Source: a virus
Direction: 5' to 3' (one strand)
Length of the DNA: 64,000 nt
IMG/VR virus record: IMGVR_UViG_3300017917_003379
Shown: positions 58,376-64,000 of the stretch, one piece after another
Numbering within the stretch: the stretch's first letter is position 1
How the letters are laid out: the number at the start of each line of letters is the position of its first letter
Notes under the pieces: model-generated
Database searches by the model: none
What the model saw: only the letters and a program-made list of their open reading frames with translations
What the model was told of the DNA's origin: nothing
Program-made: the position numbers and the translations under genes

Positions 58376-58678
58376 ATGAACTACAAAACGTTTTCCAAAA
58401 TTGTTTCCATTCTTGAAACAGAACATAATCGGTTGAGTATTTTGTATAAACAAAAAGTCGATCTTACTAATTTTGTTGATCCATATCATACTGTTATTAC
58501 TGAGTTGCTTATTTCTATATATGGTAACGAAGGATATGGTTGGTTTTCTTGGTTTTGCGATGAGAATGATTTCGGTAAAGGAAATTTAACAGCATATGAT
58601 GAGCATAAAAATCGTATTTGCTATGATGTTCGTTCTACTTGGGAATTTTTGGAAGAATATTATAAATCTAAAAATTAA
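58376..58678 (+). CDS. Hypothetical phage protein
   Basis: W.SWFC.ENDFG. Confidence 0.55.
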   Translation: MNYKTFSKIVSILETEHNRLSILYKQKVDLTNFVDPYHTVITELLISIYGNEGYGWFSWFCDENDFGKGNLTAYDEHKNRICYDVRSTWEFLEEYYKSKN

Positions 58679-58810
58679 ATAAAATATGTTCATACCAATA
58701 GACTATAAAACAATTGAAACTTACTTTAGAAAAGGACATCCTTTTTTACGATGTGTAAAATACAAATATATAAAAAGACAAAATAATAAGTAAGTAATAA
58801 TTGAAAAGTT

Positions 58811-59125
58811 ATGAACAACGAAAAAATAAAACAAGACTTAGTGTCAAGGTTGGAAAAATACCAATCCGAAACGTTGACCGAGTCAACACTTCGTAAACTT
58901 CGTGAAGATTTACAAAACTTGCTTGACAATCATGTTTCTTCCGACGAAGGTTTGCGGGGTAAACAGTTCCCAATTGAAATTGAAAATGAATTGGGTAAAT
59001 GGAGAATAGAGGAAAGCGGAGAAACTTTCTTCTGGCCTAAAAATTCCACAAAATACATTGAAGTTAACATGACAATTGAATCTTCGGAGGATTTGAGCAA
59101 TAAAACAATAGAAAGTTATGAATAA
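58811..59125 (+). CDS. Hypothetical protein
   Basis: 104-aa ORF with AAGTTATG leader. Confidence 0.5.
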   Translation: MNNEKIKQDLVSRLEKYQSETLTESTLRKLREDLQNLLDNHVSSDEGLRGKQFPIEIENELGKWRIEESGETFFWPKNSTKYIEVNMTIESSEDLSNKTIESYE

Positions 59126-60134
59126 ATTAGATTTAGATTATCAAGCACTCCTTCAAGATATACTTGACAACGGAGTCCGTAAAAATGACCGTACTGGGAC
59201 AGGTACACTATCGGTATTCGGTAGACAAATCCGCCATAAAATGAGTGAGGGATTCCCGCTCCTAACAACAAAGAAGATGTACTTTAAAGGTATTGTAACC
59301 GAACTCCTTTGGTTCTTACGTGGTGATACCAATATCAAATACCTTGTAGATAATGATTGTCATATTTGGAATGGGGATGCGTATAAGAATTGGTCTAAGT
59401 ATTATACAGAAAAAAATAATGGGATAGAACCATGGCCAATGGATGTTTGGTTAGAAAGGTTCAAAACAGATGATGAGTTTGCTAAGAAGTGGGGTGAATT
59501 AGGACCAATTTATGGTAAGCAATGGAGAAATTGGAGAAAGGCTAATGGAATTGGTTACAGTGGCGCAATAACTATGGACGGTACAAGAACAAATAATGAA
59601 CCGCAAGTTACTTATGGTTCAATAGACCAAATAAAAAACCTAATCAACGATCTTAAAGCAAGCCCAGACTCAAGACGATTAATGGTTAATGCTTGGAATG
59701 TAGGTGAGTTAGACCAAATGGTTCTTCCACCTTGTCACTTCAGTTGGCAGTGTTATTCACATGAACAAGATGGAAAACGTTATTTAAGTTTAGCCTGGAG
59801 TCAACGTAGTGTAGATTGTGGATTAGGGTTACCATTTAATATTGCTAGCTATGGTTTACTGTTAGAAATAATTGCAAAAACAGTAGATATGATCCCCTAT
59901 GAATTAATTGGTAATCTTGGTGATTGTCATATTTACAATAACCACATAGATGGGGTAAAACAACAATTAGAAAGAAGTGCATTTAAACTTCCTAAATTAA
60001 AACATTTAAGAAGTGATGATAAATATAAGTTACTAGGTGAATTTCCTTCATTGTGGAATGAATTAAAAATATCTGATTTTGAATTAGAGAATTATCAGTC
60101 ATACCCCCCAATAAAACTTCCCTTATCAAATTAA
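59118..60134 (+). CDS. thyA: Thymidylate synthase
   Basis: DRTGTGT, FPLLTTK, ELLWFL, LGPIYG.QWR, SRR, LPPCH, QRSVD..LGLPFN, HIY. Confidence 0.96.
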   Translation: MNKLDLDYQALLQDILDNGVRKNDRTGTGTLSVFGRQIRHKMSEGFPLLTTKKMYFKGIVTELLWFLRGDTNIKYLVDNDCHIWNGDAYKNWSKYYTEKNNGIEPWPMDVWLERFKTDDEFAKKWGELGPIYGKQWRNWRKANGIGYSGAITMDGTRTNNEPQVTYGSIDQIKNLINDLKASPDSRRLMVNAWNVGELDQMVLPPCHFSWQCYSHEQDGKRYLSLAWSQRSVDCGLGLPFNIASYGLLLEIIAKTVDMIPYELIGNLGDCHIYNNHIDGVKQQLERSAFKLPKLKHLRSDDKYKLLGEFPSLWNELKISDFELENYQSYPPIKLPLSN

Positions 60135-60139
60135 ATAAT

Positions 60140-60685
60140 ATGACTACATTAGTAATTCATCCTGAAGATCCAACAACAGATTTTCTTAAACCAATCTATT
60201 CAAATATTGAAAATGCTATTGTATTAAGAAAAGACTATACAAAAGATCAAGTCAGACAAATGATTGAAGATTCAAATCGCATCATTATGCTAGGACATGG
60301 ATCTCCAGATGGGTTATTTAGTGTGGGTCGTTTTGATGGATGCGTTAATGGATATTTGATTGATGAAACTATGGTAGCCGCCTTAGGTGGAAAGAAAAAC
60401 AACATATACATATGGTGTGATGCTAACCAATTTGTTGAAAAATATCATTTAAGAGGATTCTATTCTGGTATGTTCATTTCAGAATATTATGAAGCTAACT
60501 ATTACAGAGTATATGCTGATAGAAATAAAAAAGAAATAGAACAATCAAATGCTTTATTTGCTGAAGTAGTAGGTAAAAATATATTGAGAGAATCTGAAAA
60601 CTTATATCTTATGGCAAAATCAAATTATTATATTCATAATAGTGAAGTAAGTTTTTATAACAATGAGAGACTTAGTTGGAGATAA
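60140..60685 (+). CDS. Hypothetical protein with His-Gly/Cys pattern (caspase/CHAT-like fold candidate)
   Basis: MLGHGSP...YIWCDA. Confidence 0.4.
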   Translation: MTTLVIHPEDPTTDFLKPIYSNIENAIVLRKDYTKDQVRQMIEDSNRIIMLGHGSPDGLFSVGRFDGCVNGYLIDETMVAALGGKKNNIYIWCDANQFVEKYHLRGFYSGMFISEYYEANYYRVYADRNKKEIEQSNALFAEVVGKNILRESENLYLMAKSNYYIHNSEVSFYNNERLSWR

Positions 60686-60726
60686 AAAATAAACATATTT
60701 ATAAATAAAGAAACAAAATAAATTTT

Positions 60727-60918
60727 ATGATCCAATCAATGGATGATGCTCAAGATAAAATGTCTAATAAAGTAGATAAATCATTTAAAAAACAAAAAAA
60801 ACGAATACCATTAAGTGAAGAAAGTTGGAAAGATCTAACAATTAGAGGAGCATCGTTAGCCGAACAATTTGAATGGATTAAAATACAAGAAAAAATTAAA
60901 AATAAATTATCAGAATGA
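60727..60918 (+). CDS. Small hypothetical protein
   Basis: 63-aa ORF. Confidence 0.45.
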   Translation: MIQSMDDAQDKMSNKVDKSFKKQKKRIPLSEESWKDLTIRGASLAEQFEWIKIQEKIKNKLSE

Positions 60919-61082
60919 GTGTACAAACTGAAATGAAAGTTATTGGTGTTTTGCTAGATGAAGCAATGAATGAGGGTCTAGAACTAGAAGTTATCTATGC
61001 TGCTTTAAAAGCAATGCAAGAAGAACCCACATTAACTCCAACCCAAGCATTCCAGATTGGAATGGATGAGTGGGTAAAGTAG
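60915..61082 (+). CDS. Small hypothetical protein (55 aa, not in ORF track)
   Basis: MSVQTEMKVIGVLLDEA...GLELEVIYAALKAMQE...DEWVK; ATGA overlap with the upstream gene. Confidence 0.55.
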   Translation: MSVQTEMKVIGVLLDEAMNEGLELEVIYAALKAMQEEPTLTPTQAFQIGMDEWVK

Positions 61083-61125
61083 GCAAAGTTCCCTTTTTAT
61101 ATTTATAAAAATAATTAGTTATAAA

Positions 61126-61365
61126 ATGAGTAGCATATCAATAGATATTGAATTGGATGATATTTTATTTGAAATGTCATCTAGACAAAAACAAATGGTT
61201 GTTGATGAGTTGTATGATGATGGTTACGTTCCTTCACAATTGGAGAAAAAAATGGTTGTTGGTGAAGAATTTAACAATGCTTGCCGTAAACTAATTGATA
61301 ATAGTTGGCGTTTAACTAGAGAAGAAGAAGAATTTATAATTTCTTTGGCAAGAAGAATTTATTAA
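61126..61365 (+). CDS. Hypothetical protein
   Basis: 79-aa ORF after promoter 61082-61105. Confidence 0.55.
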   Translation: MSSISIDIELDDILFEMSSRQKQMVVDELYDDGYVPSQLEKKMVVGEEFNNACRKLIDNSWRLTREEEEFIISLARRIY

Positions 61366-61420
61366 ATTTATATAAAGAAAATAAGTAAAATAAGTTATTT
61401 GACATAAGGAAAAAAAAGAT

Positions 61421-61506
61421 ACCCCGGTGGTGAAATTGGTAGACACGCCGGACTTAAAATCCTGTGGGCCGAAAGGCTCGTGCCGGTTCAAATCCGGCCC
61501 GGGGTA
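61421..61506 (+). tRNA. tRNA-Leu(TAA)
   Basis: ACCCCGG/CCGGGGT; loop CTTAAAA; long variable arm; GCCGG-TTCAAAT-CCGGC. Confidence 0.9.
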
Positions 61507-61533
61507 CTTAAATATAGTCGTTTGACTATAACT

Positions 61534-61609
61534 GGGAGGGTATAGGCTCATTCTTATACAATGTTGAAACCTTAGCTGGTACACGTGGGTTCGAACCCCA
61601 CCCCTCCTA
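61534..61609 (+). ncRNA. Non-canonical tRNA-like RNA (possible UAU anticodon, no D arm)
   Basis: Acceptor GGGAGGG/CCCTCCT-A; T arm GTGGG-TTCGAAC-CCCAC; CATT-CTTATAC-AATG. Confidence 0.65.
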
Positions 61610-61620
61610 CTGATTCAGTT

Positions 61621-61730
61621 TGCCCGTGGTAACGGACGTATGGGGTTTTTGAGCTCTTGGCGTCTTCTGTAATCAAAATCTAATCATTGTCTCACTGATG
61701 ATTAGACTAAATGTGAGGAAAAAACGGGAA
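61621..61730 (+). ncRNA. Putative pseudoknotted ncRNA
   Basis: CCCGT/ACGGG closing stem; 9-bp hairpin whose loop TCTCAC pairs with GTGAGG. Confidence 0.45.
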
Positions 61731-61733
61731 CAT

Positions 61734-61891
61734 AGTCAGGTGGCGGATTGGTTAGACGCACCAACATTACTTAGGGGAGATGGGCTTTTATATTGTGCCC
61801 ACCACCTGCCAGGTTTTAGTCTTTATGACCAGCTAACAAAGACAGTAATGAAGGAATATAAGAGCAGAGAGTTCGATTCCTGCCCTGACTA
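61734..61891 (+). ncRNA. tRNA-like RNA with greatly expanded anticodon arm
   Basis: AGTCAGG/CCTGACT-A acceptor; D arm GCG..TGG..CGC; TTCGA T loop; internal CATTACT/AGTAATG stem with sub-hairpins. Confidence 0.65.
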
Positions 61892-61895
61892 CAGA

Positions 61896-61988
61896 CTCTC
61901 ATCTATGGCTGCGCAGAGAACTGATGAGTACCGTTAGAAGCCGCAGACTTCATGAACGGTGGTTTAGGGCGAACATAGGACCCCTATC
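61896..61988 (+). ncRNA. Putative kissing-loop ncRNA
   Basis: CTCATC/GATGAG, ACCGTT/AACGGT and GAAG/CTTC stems; loop CTGCG pairs with loop CGCAG. Confidence 0.45.
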
Positions 61989-61990
61989 AC

Positions 61991-62040
61991 GAAGAGTACC
62001 AACCTAAAAAAAAAGGTAAAGCTCTTCATTTTTTTTTTTT
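61991..62040 (+). terminator. Terminator closing the ncRNA cluster
   Basis: GAAGAG/CTCTTC stem followed by a long T run. Confidence 0.7.
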
Positions 62041-62049
62041 GGATGTCCA

Positions 62050-62080
62050 TTTGGTAGGCAAAAAAATCTAAATAAATTTA
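62050..62080 (+). promoter_or_regulatory. Phage promoter
   Basis: TTTG-N19-TAAATTTA with GGCAAAA. Confidence 0.65.
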
Positions 62081-62084
62081 TAAA

Positions 62085-62324
62085 ATGAAAGCATATCAGG
62101 TTTTTAGTGGTGATTTAGATAAATATGATGATCAATATTATGATCTACAAGCAACATATTTAAATAAACAACATGCTTTAGAGCATTGTGAACAAATAGT
62201 AGCAAAAGATATAGATGGTAAAGATGCTAAAAAAATAGAAAAAGATAATTGGGTTGCATGGATTGTAGAGGGATGGCACATCGTTACTATATGTAAAATG
62301 GAAGAAATAGAAATTACTGAATAA
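62085..62324 (+). CDS. Hypothetical protein
   Basis: 79-aa ORF after promoter. Confidence 0.55.
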   Translation: MKAYQVFSGDLDKYDDQYYDLQATYLNKQHALEHCEQIVAKDIDGKDAKKIEKDNWVAWIVEGWHIVTICKMEEIEITE

Positions 62325-62339
62325 AAATAAAAAAAAGTT

Positions 62340-62522
62340 ATGCATTACGAATCATTTATAATGTGGTATCTAATTTTCGGAATTATTATTACTGTAATTA
62401 ATGGAGCAGTAAGAAAGATTGAAGCTGATGCTTTATTAGGGTTTGCTTGGATATTAATTTGGCCATTTACAGTTATTATTCTTTTAATAGATACTATTCG
62501 TTATATTATTAAAAAAGTTTAA
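62340..62522 (+). CDS. Small membrane protein
   Basis: Two TM segments, WP motif. Confidence 0.55.
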   Translation: MHYESFIMWYLIFGIIITVINGAVRKIEADALLGFAWILIWPFTVIILLIDTIRYIIKKV

Positions 62523-62530
62523 ACTAATTA

Positions 62531-62605
62531 GGACTCTTAGCTCAGTTGGTTAGTAGCAGCAGACTCATAATCTGCAGGTCGAGGGTTCAAGTCCCTCAGA
62601 GTCCA
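62531..62605 (+). tRNA. tRNA with CAT anticodon (probably Ile2, possibly elongator Met)
   Basis: GGACTCT/AGAGTCC; GCAGA-CTCATAA-TCTGC; no initiator features. Confidence 0.85.
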
Positions 62606-62625
62606 CAACATTTTTAATTTTGGTT

Positions 62626-62760
62626 ATGAAAGAAAAAATAGGCACAATTTGTGTCACATTAATCTCAATTGTTTTAATATTTAAAGACAGTCCACTTATG
62701 GCATTGTTTGTATTAATGGCTTATGGTTTTTATAAACTTGAAAAAGATGAATCAACGTAA
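62626..62760 (+). CDS. Small membrane protein (44 aa)
   Basis: MKEKIGTICVTLISIVLIFKDSPLMALFVLMAYGFYKL...; GTTATG leader. Confidence 0.45.
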   Translation: MKEKIGTICVTLISIVLIFKDSPLMALFVLMAYGFYKLEKDEST

Positions 62761-62989
62761 TGAACAGGGTAAAAGACATGGTTATTGGGAAGACTATTAT
62801 GCCAATGGTCAATTATGGAGGAAGGGTTATTATAAAAATGGCAAAGAAGATGGTTATTGGGAATCCTATCATGACAATGGTCAATTACGGGGGAAAGGTC
62901 ATTTTAAGAATGGTGAACAAGATGGTTATTGGGAATGGTATCATGATAATGGTCAATTGTGGTTTAAAGAATTTTATGCAAGAATGTAA
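62747..62989 (+). CDS. MORN-variant (YwqK-like) repeat protein, copy 1 (3 units)
   Basis: MNQRNEQG + GYWE.Y..NGQL..KG.YK.G repeats + FYARM; ATG 62747 chosen by alignment with paralogs. Confidence 0.8.
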   Translation: MNQRNEQGKRHGYWEDYYANGQLWRKGYYKNGKEDGYWESYHDNGQLRGKGHFKNGEQDGYWEWYHDNGQLWFKEFYARM

Positions 62990-62995
62990 ACCTGA

Positions 62996-63316
62996 ATGAA
63001 TATGAATCAACTTAATGAAAAAGGAAATAGAGAAGGTTATTGGGAACAGTATTATTCCGATGGTCAATTATACTATAAAGGTCATTATAAGGATGGCAAT
63101 AGGGAAGGTTATTGGGAATATTATTGGTCTAATGGTCAATTATCATGTAAAGGTCATTATAAGAATGACAAACGAGAAGGTTATTGGGAAGACTATTATC
63201 CCAGTGGTCAATTATTGTCTAAGGGTCATTATAAGGATGGTAAACCAGATGGTTATTGGGAAGGATATTATGAGAATGGTCAATTATGTTATAAATCATT
63301 TTATGCCAGAATGTAA
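62996..63316 (+). CDS. MORN-variant repeat protein, copy 2 (4 units)
   Basis: Same N-cap, 24-aa repeats and C-cap. Confidence 0.82.
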   Translation: MNMNQLNEKGNREGYWEQYYSDGQLYYKGHYKDGNREGYWEYYWSNGQLSCKGHYKNDKREGYWEDYYPSGQLLSKGHYKDGKPDGYWEGYYENGQLCYKSFYARM

Positions 63317-63322
63317 ACCTGA

Positions 63323-63571
63323 ATGAATATGAATCAACTTAATGAAAAAGGAAATAAAGATGGTTATTGGGAATGGTATTGTCCCAATGGTCAATTGGAA
63401 TATAAGGGTCGGTATAAGGATGGTAAACTTGAAGGTTATTGGGAAGGGTATCATGACAATGGTCAATTAGCGTGGAGAGGTCATTATAAGGATGACAATT
63501 ATGATGGTTATTGGGAATGGCATCATACCAATGCCCAATTATGCTGGAAAGAATTTTTTGCAAGAATGTAA
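63323..63571 (+). CDS. MORN-variant repeat protein, copy 3 (3 units)
   Basis: Same architecture. Confidence 0.82.
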   Translation: MNMNQLNEKGNKDGYWEWYCPNGQLEYKGRYKDGKLEGYWEGYHDNGQLAWRGHYKDDNYDGYWEWHHTNAQLCWKEFFARM

Positions 63572-63577
63572 ATCTGA

Positions 63578-64000
63578 ATGGATATGAATCAACATAATGA
63601 AAATGGAAATAAAGAAGGTTATTGGGAAGACTATTGGTTTAATGGTAAATTATGGTTTAAAGGTCATTATAAGGATGGTAAAGAAGAGGGTTATTGGGAA
63701 GGCTATTATTCAAATGGTCAATTAGAGTGGAAAGGAAATTATAAGAATGGTAAACATCATGGTTATTGGGAATCGTATTTTTCAGATGGTCAATTATCAT
63801 GTAAAGGTCATTATAAGAATGGTAAACGGGATGGTTATTGGGAAGAGTATCATGACAATGGTCAATTATGGTATAAGGGTGATTATAAGAATGACAAACG
63901 AGAAGGTTATTGGGAAGACTATTATTCCAATGGTCAATTAATGTGGAAAGGTCATTTTAAGAATGGTGAACAAGAGGGGTATTGGGAAAAGCGTTATTCC
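63578..64000 (+). CDS. MORN-variant repeat protein, copy 4 (6 or more units; 3'-truncated by window)
   Basis: MDMNQHNENG + repeats, open to the window end. Confidence 0.82.
   Translation, partial: MDMNQHNENGNKEGYWEDYWFNGKLWFKGHYKDGKEEGYWEGYYSNGQLEWKGNYKNGKHHGYWESYFSDGQLSCKGHYKNGKRDGYWEEYHDNGQLWYKGDYKNDKREGYWEDYYSNGQLMWKGHFKNGEQEGYWEKRYS

Larger units (their letters stand above)
62779..64000 (+). repeat. Tandem 72-bp coding repeat array (16 units visible)
   Basis: GGTTATTGGGAA...GGTCAATTA...AARGGT.ATTATAAG recurs with 72-nt periodicity within genes. Confidence 0.92.

Noticed and set aside
61698-61937. 79-aa ORF in the ORF track
   Set aside because: Overlaps tRNA-like and structured RNAs, has atypical composition and no phage-type leader
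61690-61990. Hammerhead ribozymes (CTGATGA at about 61695 and 61921)
   Set aside because: No correctly placed GAAA with stems I-III; the first CTGATGA lies in a hairpin stem and the second lacks a stem I partner
1633-63563. Minus-strand ORFs in the track
   Set aside because: They are antisense shadows of + strand genes or RNAs with no recognisable motifs
62760-63941. Overlapping alternate-frame ORFs (MVNY...KVIIRM repeats)
   Set aside because: Shadow frames of the repeat scaffold, which happens to lack stops; broken in genes 3 and 4
62747-64000. CRISPR array or DGR template/variable repeat
   Set aside because: Units are in-frame 72-nt coding repeats without unique spacers. Variation is not obviously confined to template adenines, and no reverse transcriptase or non-coding template is in the window. 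A DGR beyond the edge is not excluded.
1-64000. Stop-codon reassignment (TAG/TGA recoding)
   Set aside because: Conserved genes are intact in the standard code, TAG and TGA end genes at expected positions, and no suppressor tRNA was seen

Overview
A 64-kb, strongly AT-rich, gene-dense segment of a large (probably jumbo) dsDNA tailed phage. Essentially all genes are on the + strand and use the standard code. The host is most likely Bacteroidota, based on TTTG-N19/20-TAnATTTA promoters, A-rich leaders without Shine-Dalgarno sequences, a Bacteroidota-type QueC, DUF4494, and lipoproteins with D-S/T glycosylation sequons. In order, the window holds: the 3' part of a tail/baseplate protein with a cell-wall hydrolase domain; a T4-like replisome (divergent PolA-like protein, gp32-like SSB, UvsX/RecA, 5'-3' exonuclease, DnaB-like helicase, PolB, clamp, clamp loader); nucleotide metabolism (thioredoxin, class II RNR, dUTPase/dCTP deaminase, PurA, PurB, ThyA); a 7-deazaguanine pathway (FolE, QueD, QueE, QueC plus a TGT/DpdA-like protein); a proteostasis set (Hsp20, GroES, GroEL, two ClpP-like proteases, tmRNA); a ~17-kb glycan biosynthesis island; tRNAs; a cluster of non-canonical structured RNAs; and a tandem array of MORN-like repeat genes with hypervariable codons that runs off the right end. 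The most striking unexplained signals are: (1) the hypervariable, mosaic MORN-like repeat array; (2) the 61.5-62.0 kb ncRNA cluster (D-armless tRNA-like RNA, tRNA-like RNA with a giant anticodon-arm insert, two pseudoknotted RNAs); (3) an unannotated R67/DfrB-like DHFR homolog near thyA; (4) a shared 10-aa MIKLIDILxE leader on ART-like proteins; (5) a 16-bp duplex that clamps the hsp20 mRNA. All calls come from manual motif reading; no searches were run.
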